A stretch of 61,649 bases of DNA, counting the filler, from Bipalium vagum (lineage: Eukaryota): assembly GCA_037834085.1 (NCBI GenBank). It is 3 parts of 3 records of this genome, joined end to end, with 100 filler letters (N's around TTAATTAATTAA, not from the genome) between each part and the next. Parts side by side here need not be neighbours in the genome. Positions count along the whole stretch, not along the records: positions 19,619 to 40,226 come from JBBMKC010249493.1; positions 40,327 to 61,649 come from JBBMKC010238879.1; 1 more part is not named here. One strand, written 5' to 3'. The position numbers were made by a program, and so were the translations under genes. Positions within the stretch are counted from its first letter, which is position 1, and each line of letters starts with the position of its first letter. The notes beneath the pieces were generated by a model. That model saw nothing but the letters and a program-made list of their open reading frames with translations. It did no database searches and was not told the origin of the DNA. This document shows positions 38,719 through 49,400 of this stretch, piece by piece.

Positions 38719-38949
38719 TCAATATCCACCTTTCAGAAAAGGTACCAGGAGAAATGCAGATCCACATTTGATCTTATAAAATCGGAGAGTTTTATTTTCT
38801 TCCAATTTTTTCTTCTCAAACAACATTTGATAATGTTCAAAACTTAAGTTTTCTTGACTTCCTAGTTTCTCTTTTAGCTGAGAAATTGTCTCATTTTCAT
38901 GAGCGTCCATTGAGAAGGATTTATCTTCATAAAATACAATAATCTTCAT
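38719..38949 (-). CDS. Divergent ubiquitin-like protein, copy 4 (inverted)
   Basis: Same ORF with TGA stop; promoter cassette conserved at 38950-39100. Confidence 0.88.
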   Translation of the reverse strand: MKIIVFYEDKSFSMDAHENETISQLKEKLGSQENLSFEHYQMLFEKKKLEENKTLRFYKIKCGSAFLLVPFLKGGY

Positions 38950-39654
38950 ATTTGGATACTTTTATCTTCAATGTATGTCTTTATATACTCCAAAGTTGTG
39001 TAATCGGAAAAATATTATTTCCTTAATTTAATTTTCTTAAACAATGTTTTTTTAATATTTATTTTAATTTACATTAAAAATGAAATAAGCACTTTTTAAA
39101 TTTAAGATATTAATAATATAAAAGTATGTTTATTTATGAATTTAACATAATAAATCTGCAAATGTTTGATACCTTACACTCTTCATTTATCCTTATCCTC
39201 TTTAATATATTAATCCAAATAATCTTAACATTTAAAAAATGTAAATTTATCTTTAATTTATTAAAAACAACAAATGGTTTAGCATTATCTGAATTTTTAT
39301 TAATTATTGAAATTGAAATAACCTTTTTTCCTATTTATTTTCAAATACAAGTTAAAAATTAGAATCAGCTGTAAAAATAAACAATAATTTATTTTATTCT
39401 ACAAATAAAATTTTTTGACGTGAGTTTTTAGAAATATTTGCGAACTGAAAAATTAATTAAAAACTTATATTCAAATATTTTAAATCAAATAAGACCGAGA
39501 TTAAAGATGAATTTTCTGAAGATGAAAATCCTACAAACCTAACAATTTCACGTTATTTTTTATTAAAAGATGTACTTATAAATTAGACATTATTTTTATT
39601 ACTTTATTAAAGAGGAAACCTTTCTGGAAGATACAACAAAATGGATCATGTTTT

Positions 39655-40226
39655 TTACCCATTGAATCGTGCCATGTTTTTAATTTGACTAAATGGATCT
39701 GAAAAAACCTTCGGTGACTTGTTTATTACTACCTTGCGTTTAAAGTCTGTTACTACCACTTTTACTTCGGTTTCTTTCTTTTTCTCTTTTTCTTGCCGTC
39801 TGTTTTCGTATTCTTTCCTCGTTGTCATTACTCCAAATTCTTCGCTGCTGTCATCTATATCCACTGAGGGTAATTTAAACCTTCTTCTGAATTCTTTGAA
39901 TTTTCTTGCTAATTCTTCTCTTTTTTGTTCCTCTTCACTGTTATCCTCGGAATCGTCCTCATTGTTTGTCGTATCCAGTGATGATGATTCCGCTACTTCC
40001 TGATGATGATTCCGGTACTGATGATTCCGGTACTGATGATTCCGGTACTTCCTGTTTATGTTTTTCCATCATTCTGCTGGTTGTGGGCCTCATTACTAGT
40101 TTCCCTATTAGCTGTTCCCCAATGCTTTTTATTGCTTCCTTTCTACTTACTATAATTTGTTCCAATTCTGGCTTCTTTTCTTCTGTCTTCTGCATTATTT
40201 CCTTCTTTCTTTCTATTTGTAGTTCT
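39655..40226 (-). pseudogene. Frameshifted K/E-rich ORF of unknown function, running in from the gap
   Basis: Two overlapping minus-strand frames joined by a one-base frameshift near 40000 inside VPESS repeats; AATAAA downstream (tttatt near 39603). Confidence 0.4.
39983..40052 (-). repeat. 15-bp tandem repeat (gatgattccggtact) encoding VPESS
   Basis: Three near-perfect units plus one variant. Confidence 0.85.
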
Positions 40227-40326
40227 NNNNNNNNNNNNNNNNNNNNNNNNNNNNNNNNNNNNNNNNNNNNTTAATTAATTAANNNNNNNNNNNNNNNNNN
40301 NNNNNNNNNNNNNNNNNNNNNNNNNN
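40227..40326. other. Assembly gap with TTAATTAATTAA linker
   Basis: 44 N + linker + 44 N. Confidence 0.97.
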
Positions 40327-40372
40327 GTTAAATGGCGTTTATTTAAAAAATAAAAGATTATTGTTCACAAGA

Positions 40373-40406
<34 letters not shown>

Positions 40407-40869
40407 TGTTACAAGCTTACAGTGAATATGAGCTATTCAAAGCTACATGCAGATAATAGTTTAGCCATTTTAAGACTGGTGACTACAACATACAAGACAA
40501 AGAATTTTAATACCAGCCATAGAAGTTTGAAGATGAAGAAATATAAGAATTAATCCAAAAATATTTCTGCGAAACTCTTGAAAAAATTACACAAATATTG
40601 AATACTGGCGGACGAAAGGTTGTGAAACTTTAGCACATAATGAGAAAGAATCAAAAGAAAATTAAATTATTACCGCATTAATTGACAGAAAAAAAGCAAG
40701 AGAACCGTGTTGAATCTAACAATAGTTGTGTTAAAATATAGTTTATTTTTAAGATATATATGAAGCTTAGAAAAGAAAATATGTATTAGAAATAGACTAC
40801 TAGTGATGGTATGTTGATTTTTTATTTGTAATATTCAAAAAGAGAAGCAAAATGATCCGATTCTAGAAT

Positions 40870-41640
40870 AGAATAGAAAATTCACTATTGAAAAGGTAAA
40901 TGAAAACAAATTACCATTTCTAGACGTACAAGTAATAAAAGAAAAGCAAATTAATAGATAAAAAGCATGAGCTTACAGAACAAAACCAGATGCATTGTTA
41001 TACACATCAAATATGGTTTAATGAAAGGATTAATATATCTAGTTTGGTTCTTAACATCTGACTATAAGTATATCGAAATCAAATTGAAAGACAAATTAGA
41101 AATTAGGAAGGATAGAAGATAACAAATAATAATGAATAAAGTGTAAAGAAAGAAATAAAAAAGTGCTTATAAAATATTATTAAAATTCTTTTTTCAAATG
41201 GATTTAAAAATTTTAAAAGTAAAATATTGCAGACCATAAATGAAGGCTTAAAGGTGGTATCTGTAACAGTGAGGACAAGAAAGTTTTTTAAAAACCAAAA
41301 GAGTAACTCCAAAAGCAATACAAGCTTAATATCGTGTATAAACTTCAAGGTCATAGGTGTGGTTATCTATACACAAGGGAGACACAACGTCACATCAAAA
41401 CTCAAATTAGAGAGCATTCCTAAAAAGTTGAACAATTAAAGTGTTGGATCATACTGTTGGTTGCAAAGAAAGGCAAGGAAAAAATTGCCAATGAAAATAA
41501 ATATTGTATAGTAATAAACAACTTTGATAATTGCGAAGAAGGAAAAATATGTGAATCATTGATAATTAAAAAATTGAAACCAGAAATTAATTCAATAAAT
41601 GAAGAAAGCAAAAATAAAATTTTTGGAAACCAATTTTAAA
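40870..41640 (+). mobile_element. Penelope-like element remnant (RT thumb and GIY-YIG C-terminus)
   Basis: FTIEKVNENKLPFLDVQV and ICESLIIKKLKPEIN motifs. Confidence 0.75.
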
Positions 41641-41883
41641 AAAATAGATTTTAAAAAATAATTTTAAAATTTTTGAAATATTTGAATATCATTTGAAGAT
41701 AATGGAGAAGAATATAAAAATGACTGAGGAAGATCTGTATGAAAAGAAAGAAAAATAGTATTATAAATAAATTTCTTTTGTGTTTATAAGTGTTTTTTTA
41801 AAAAGCGTGTATTTAAATAATTTAATATATTATTTGATATAGACATTTTTGTATATTATTATATATTAAATATCAGAACTTAC

Positions 41884-42000
41884 TACAATGAGCTTCATCT
41901 TCTGCGTCTAAGCAATCCACGTTATCATCACAAATATATCCACGAGGAATCGTAAGACCATCAGAACACTTGTAAGATTTACCAATACAGGTATTCATGA
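41884..42000 (-). CDS. Second LDLa module exon (partial gene)
   Basis: TCIGKSYKCSDGLTIPRGYICDDNVDCLDAEDEAHC; 117 nt, gtaagt donor; 48-nt intron from the previous exon. Confidence 0.82.
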
Positions 42001-42048
42001 CTAGTGCACAAGACAGAAAATTTAATTATTTAAAAACATTATTTTTAC

Positions 42049-42186
42049 TATTATCACAGTTGGCTTCATCATAACCATTTCCGCAATCATCTTCTCCATC
42101 ACATATCCAATGTATTAGGAAATAGCTTTTCCTAGGTATTACACCTTCATGTTTTTGACACTTTTTAGAAACAGGGTCACATTCTC
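42049..42186 (-). CDS. LDL-receptor class A module exon (partial gene)
   Basis: ECDPVSKKCQ...HWICDGEDDCGNGYDEANC; 138 nt, phase 1-1, AG/GT; missed by the ORF track. Confidence 0.8.
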
Positions 42187-42399
42187 CTTAATAATTAAAA
42201 TTCAGTTAAAAACTTAATCTTTGTTTCAAGATATAGTTTAAATGCTTTTCAGAAATAAATTAATTTCTTATAATATCTTTATTTCTTACATAAAATATTA
42301 TATTATATATTTTTCAGTCACCAATTATAATTACTATTTAATATCAAGCATGAAGAACTTTTCAGTGTTGAGAATATCCTATTGCCAATTCTTCATATC

Positions 42400-42900
42400 A
42401 AGCTAGACATTTTCAAGAAATTTATTAAAACTTTACAATCGGAAGGCTAACCGCTTCAAATATTAAAAGTATATTTCCCAAAATTATCATGGACTAAAAT
42501 TAAAGAAGGATTTTGGTTGGATCAGAAATACGGAAATTAATGAGAATTATACATTTCAAGCAGAACCTTAGCCAAAATGAATGCCGGGGATGGGACGCTT
42601 TAATAGATACTATGAACAAAGTTTTAAATTTGTCTTGTTGCTACTTTATCTAAATTAAGTAATTTAATGTTAACAGCTAAATATCGTTCCGTAGAATACC
42701 AGAAAATTATTTCTGAATTGTTGGATGCTTTCGAAGATATGAATGTTAAGATATCCATTAAAATACACTTCTTGAAGTGCCACCTGAACTTTCTCCCGCA
42801 AGATTTGGGCAAAATTAGTGATGAATGTTAATCTGTTCAGTATTATCAAGAAAATCCATAGTACCAAAATATATTTCAAAAACAATGATATCGGTTCTGT
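42400..42900 (+). mobile_element. Chapaev3-like DNA transposase remnant
   Basis: FPKLSWTKIKEGFLVGSEIRKLM and ISIKIHFLKCHLNFLPQDLGKISDE motifs; family name from memory. Confidence 0.55.
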
Positions 42901-44577
42901 TCTGATTATTTTAACAATAATCATTAATAAATTTAATTATTTACATTACACTTCTATTTCAAAAAATCGTTTTGAATTAAATAAAATATAATCCGTCTAT
43001 TGAATAAAAAAGAAATAAATGCTTTTGGGAAAGGAATATGAATTATTTAAAAAGATAATCTTTATTAGCAAGAAAAATATTTAAATATCATCGTAATTTT
43101 GAGCTTTCCATTTTTACATTATTATTTTAAAATATAAAATTATTATTTTAATTTACTTTATCATGAATATTTACAAAAAAAATTTAAAAATTTATTAGAA
43201 ATTATTAATAAATTAGAAATAAGTTAATAAATATATAAATGTTATTTTCATATTTGCATAAGAAACCTGAGAATATTTATTTATCTTTATTAACTTCTTT
43301 TAATTGAAATTTTCAAAAAAATATAAAACATCTTTTTTAACCTTTTTTCATTGAAAGAGACATTTAATAAAATTTATATATGAAATATTTTTATTATTGA
43401 AAGTGATATGAATTCTAATGACATACATCATCTTGAAAATTGAGGAACATAAAAATATAATTCTTGAATTTCTTTTCTGTAATTGTAATGATAAATTTAA
43501 TTACTTAATTATATTTTTTAAAGTATTAATATTCATCGATATTTTATACTTTCACTCTATTATTTATAACATTAATCAATACTAATATTAATTAAATTTA
43601 AAGAAAATAAAGTATAAGTGAAGATGATTTAACAAAAACGATTTGGATAAGATTTGAAAATGGACGATTTCCGAGGTAATAAATACTGATAATTTTATTT
43701 TTATATTTTTTTATAAATTTTACTTTACATAAATTCTATTTTCACAGAAATTTCAGAAAATTTTCAATAATCTTTCCCATAAAAACTGATTGAGGGATAA
43801 TTTGTTAAGCATTACATGATGAGACGATTGAAAAATTCTACAATAATATTTTTAATACATCTTTAATTAGGTTACATCGATTTGTCTGGAGAATTCAACA
43901 ATGAAGAATTATTTATTGATTATATCAAAACAACGCTGTCCCATGGAGAAAAATGTGTTCCAAATTACCTAGAGCCAAAAGATGAAACTCGGACTGTTAC
44001 AGAAATAATTTGAAAGATAATTGAACTGCAATTCTAATTAATGAAAAATTACTTTCCCAAGATCTCTTTAAAATTTATGAAAAATAAATAAAAATATAAA
44101 ATTCTGACTAATGATTGATTAAAAATTCTCTTGTTTTTTCTAAGTAATAATTCGTAATGGGAAAGACTGTGGAACTTGGGAATACGCCAAAAACAAAAGA
44201 AATATAATTATTTTTCAAAATAATAGCCATTAAAGGCAACAGATTTTTGCATACAATCGAATAATTTTTGAATATTTCTTTTCATTCTGAAGTTAGCATT
44301 TTAGATATGAATATCTCGAATTTTGCAATAGTTACTTCAAATTAAAATTTCACCACCTAATTTCTTTTTGGTGGTTAGGAACAAAAAGAAGCCACGAGGT
44401 CAATACGGACATCGTATCATTTTTAGTGGCTTGATGGACCATTTAAATCATGAAGGTGTTTTCATAATTAAAAATAATTTGTCGATTTCAATTATTCTCT
44501 CTAGAGAACAAGAGCATACGAGTTGTATTTATGCCAATGTGAAATTTTAATTTTAAAATCATAATCTTAATAATGGA

Positions 44578-44623
<46 letters not shown>
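44578..44623 (+). repeat. (AAT)n microsatellite
   Basis: Perfect taa/aat run. Confidence 0.9.
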
Positions 44624-44627
<4 letters not shown>

Positions 44628-44654
44628 TATATTATTATTATATTATTATTGTGA

Positions 44655-45450
44655 TAGGTATCGAAGAATTTCCCATTAAAGCTGATTATTATTTTCCTGC
44701 GTCATCTTGGAAACATGTGATTTATCATTTTCAGTCTCATTTTCTGATTGCAAATTCCGAAAATTTCTGTATATTTTTCGAAAACCGAGAATTTTGATCA
44801 AAATAGAAATTCACAGTAATGGCTTGACCAGCTTATATCAGTTCATAATTTATAATAACAGTTATTCTCCACGAAACACAGAAAAGCAAAAAGTTTCTTT
44901 CGTTAAAAATTATATGTACTGTTGAGACTAAGGCTTGATCATTAGAAATTCATTATCTTGTGTGCTTAGAATCCATTTCTCATCCCCAGGAACAATCCAA
45001 AATGAAGCGTTCTCATGTCTGTAAAACAATGATGTGCTACTTGCACAGATTTTTGGAAATATGCCTATTGATAAGCGACCTAATTTCCGACTTTGTTAGT
45101 CTTACCACTAGTCTTTTGATGATTCGATATTGTCACTACATTAAAGACAGTTATAATTTCAATTTCAATCAATTCTTTATATCAAAAGTTGGCTTTCAAA
45201 TTAAAATTTCCTTTTCTAAATCTGGTAAACTAATGATGATATATTCTGACGTTCATTTTTTTAGAATGAACCGCATTATGATGCAATTTACTTCCGTAAT
45301 CATTTGTCTTTACTGTATTCGTATAGAATACGAATTAGAACACGGTCTCATGTAGGTTGATCATTCATAGTCTTGTCACCAATTGTTTGATCATCCTTAA
45401 ATTTTCGCATAATATATAAACAATACGAACAATTAAAACAACCTTTATTG
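44655..45450 (-). mobile_element. Decayed mariner
   Basis: RKLGRL...IVPGDEKWIL on the minus strand. Confidence 0.6.
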
Positions 45451-46323
45451 ATTTTAATAAATGCTTATATTTTTCACGATAATATTTGTGAAACATAATA
45501 TCAGAAATTCCATCATATTATGATATAATTTATTTAATTAATAAAAAGGAATCTTCTTTCATTCATTTAATATTTTTATATAATATTAATAATAATAAAA
45601 TGTCATTGGCTTTAGATAAAAAAAATATGTGACTTAATGAAAAATCAAGAAAACCAGAATTATTCAGAGTCATTTAAGGGAAGTAATTAAAAGAAAATTG
45701 CCACTGTCTCTATCGAATATTTCCGGGAATTATCAACCATATTCTCAGCTTATTTAATAATTATGTTCGAATCTGATTCACAAAATAAAAATTTATCTCA
45801 TCCATTATAACAAAATTTATTTTGTAACATAAATTTCCATAGGAATGTTTTACAAGTTCAAAATAATAAATAATTTGTGAAATTTAATAAAAATGAATGT
45901 TATTTATTTGAAGAGGCTTCAAATGTCATTTCTGATAATAACATTATATTTAATAAGGGAAAACCTTATTTTTCTGAAAAAAATTTTAAAATTGTTACAT
46001 AAACGGGGATTATTTATTATTAAAAAATAGAAATTAAGTTACCATATCATTTAAATATACAAAATAAGTTCAAAAAGTACTTCTTTAGCATTATTAATAA
46101 TAAAGATGTTCGGGTAAATTGGTGGACCACCTTATACGGGTATCATTAGACTTCTAGATGTAATCATCTGAGTTATAGTACTTATATTTTCTTCATATCA
46201 CACCAAAAAGTCTTTATTATAATTTTTTACAGAAATGCTTTTATATTTGTATTTGAAATTTATAATTTCGAAGAATCCTCGACTGTGACAATTTTAAGCT
46301 TAACATAAAAAATTAAATCTTAC

Positions 46324-46446
46324 TTCTCCTTTTTGAAAGTCATAATCTAATGAATATTGTAGTTTCCCCAGATTCAAGACCTCTTTTTCTTGAGTTCCCT
46401 CATTATCTTCCATGTTAGCATCCAGTTCTTCAAGATCTGGTTGGAC
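46324..46446 (-). CDS. SYT1: Synaptotagmin-1-like, linker and start of C2A
   Basis: VQPDLEELDANMEDNE...LGKLQYSLDYDFQKGE; phase 0-0, tag/gtaag; missed by the ORF track. Confidence 0.9.
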
Positions 46447-49400
46447 CTAGTTCAAAAAGAACGTTTATTAAACTATATATTTATATAAAATTTACATTTG
46501 TTCTTTAGATAGTTCATGTCAGCTTTCGTATACTTTATTTCCATAAAAATATTATAAAAATATTTCTCACAATTTTAGTATCACCGAAGATATTCATAAT
46601 AACTGAAAAATTATATATTTATAACAAATATTTTACTATAATAAAATTTTTATATATTATTGGGTTGACAAGAGAGTAAATCTTGTAAATAAGATTCCAA
46701 AACGGTAACATCACAACTTTGGAAACAAATCCTTTCTATTCCACTATAGATTGAATACAGTTTGGACACAGACCGTTCTGGATGCCTAGCAAGCGCTGAT
46801 GAAGAGGTTTTGCAGATTATGCAGGCACAAAAATTCCTTGGCGACAACAGTCCAAATTATAATATAAAATATCTTTTTGTGATTACATGCGATAATCTAG
46901 ATCCTAGGATTGATCCAGATTTTCTATAAATGAATTCCTCATAATTTTATTGATTAATTTAATTCCTGGTTTATGCTCAAGAATAATATTAAAAAAATTT
47001 TTAACAAAGAAAAAAATTTTATTTTGTTAAAAATACTTTATTAAGATTGTCGATTTATAAAATAAAACATTAATTTCTTGACAAACCAATAATTGGTTGT
47101 TGTTTATTATGTGAACATATCTTTTCATTTTTCAAATGTACAAATGTTATAAAGAATTAAAAATAATTTTAAATAAATAAATAAATTCGTTTTATTTCTT
47201 TTTAAAACTCCCAATGAGTTCAATGATATATAGCATGGCAAATTTTAGATCAATGAAGATCAATTCAGTTGTTTTCAGATCTGTTTTACATCTTTGTTTG
47301 ATTTAATGTTTTATTAAATCAGATTAATATTAGTGGAATAAAAGATGAGTTACGTTTTAGTTAAAACAAATTTATTTTGTAAAGTAAATTAAAACAAAAA
47401 ATAAATATAAGAAAGAAACTATAGCAGTATCACTGAACAATCAGGCTATGAAAAATAATTCTTGTATTATATAAAATATTATTGTTATATTTAAAATAGA
47501 GTTGTCATTTTTAATGATAATAAAATAAGACCAAAGAAACAATATATTTTAGTAACTCCAATTATTTAAACAATATTTTCTAAAAAATGGACCTCACCCT
47601 TTTTTATTTAATTTATTTACTTTACAAAAATTTATCAACATTTATTATGCCTTTTTTATTTACAATTTTTACATTACAATTTTAACTAATGATATCGAAT
47701 AACCATTAAAAACTGTAACTAGTAAAAATTTTAATACTTTTTATAACTTTACATTATATTACATTATAGATTTATTATTACAATCAAATCCTTAAAATAA
47801 ATAATTTGTTTATCTGAATAAAAAGATATCACAATGAATTCCAAACAAATAAGAAATCTGATGCGTTGTAGCCTGTTTCCATAAAAGTAAAAAACTTACC
47901 ACTAGTGACTTCGAAAATATATTAATATGTACTCGATATTGCCTGGACATTTATTGCCTGTACATAGGATCTCGTATAATTAAAGTCTGCTCGAAAAATG
48001 GTAGTTTGGATAAGTCGAGAGAAATGCTAAGAAATGTCATGTAGTGCATCAAAAAAAGTTTACAACATCATTAAGGCCAATAATCTTGGCCTTAATGTGT
48101 TTAAGTGAGAAAATAAAAATCATTAAAAACTTTAATTTTTATTTTATCTATAAAAATTAACTAGGATTTTTTCAAATACAAAATTTAGTATCCATTAGAG
48201 TTTATTTCTTTATGAAGACATTAATTAGATTATTTTAATTATTTATTTTTAGAAAATATTTTGTTTTAATGATATTAAAGAAATATAGATTTAATATTTC
48301 CGTTTTGAATACAAATATATTAATTAAATTAATTATTTGAAGGAAAATTGTGATTCCTTCCACCTTTAATTCAAAACGCAAATAATTAATTAAATTTCGG
48401 TTTGTGTATTATATATTAAAATAAATAAATTCAGTTCATTCATTCAGAATAAATTTTAAATTAATATTTTTAATTATACCTAAGAGGATCACAAAAAAGT
48501 TGTTAAACATTTAAATTCTTAATCCTCCTATTTTTATGATATAAAAAGGTAACCTAATATAAAAGAGAACCGAAAATTTTGCGGTATGATGCACATATTT
48601 TCACAAATGAACACGGAAATTAAAAGAATGGTTGCATATATTCATTACACCTCTAACTAATATAATGAAAAAAATTTATTAAAATCAACTGATAAAATAA
48701 ATATGGGAGATCAAAAGAGCTGTTGTGAAATGGTTCCATTATAAAAAAATGGTTTAGAAAGCTGGCAACACTATGGAAAAGTGATTTGAGTGAGATGGTT
48801 CATATGTCCAAAAATAAATTTTTATTATGTCTCGTTTTTATTTCTATGGTTTTTCCGGAAACTTTTTGATTTACCCTTGCACATCAAATATTTTCTAATA
48901 ATGCATTTTAATATTTAAAACTTTTTTATAAATTATTATTTATATTTTCAAATTAAATTACCAAAAAAGGAATTAAATTCCAAAAATGGTGTCAATGTAC
49001 GTCTCACAATTCATTAATAGTGAATTCGAGTATACATATATTTTTTGCAATAAATTTCAAATACCTCCAACTATATAATAATATTATTTAAACAACTTTG
49101 TATTAATAATTATTTGAGAAATTTTTGTATAAACTTTATTATTTAAAAATAATGCAGAACTTATTCCACAACCCAATATAACTAATGGGAAAAGACAGCA
49201 GTACACATTACAGAAACCATAATTTACTTTAAAATGATAGAAAGTGTTTTGTTAAAGCATTCTGGAAAGTCTCCCACTATTCAATCTCCAAAATTAAAAT
49301 TGTAATGAAAAATAATCGGAGAAAATGAAAATCATTCGTTTTTGTCATTTTCGTTCAACGGAATTTTTACTCCCATCAAAGTTTTATAAATATGATTTAA

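Noticed and set aside
989-38949. Functional cluster of WDR20 (deubiquitinase cofactor) with the UBL genes
   Set aside because: They are on different contigs separated by an artificial linker gap, so adjacency is unproven.
39719-40274. Hydrophobic plus-strand ORFs
   Set aside because: Antisense shadows of the K/E-rich minus-strand ORF.
48069-48097. Perfect 12-bp hairpin (cattaaggccaa/ttggccttaatg); similar hairpins near 36389-36430 and 54248-54283
   Set aside because: No Helitron CTRR end, no repeat family or RNA context visible; could be chance or TE debris.
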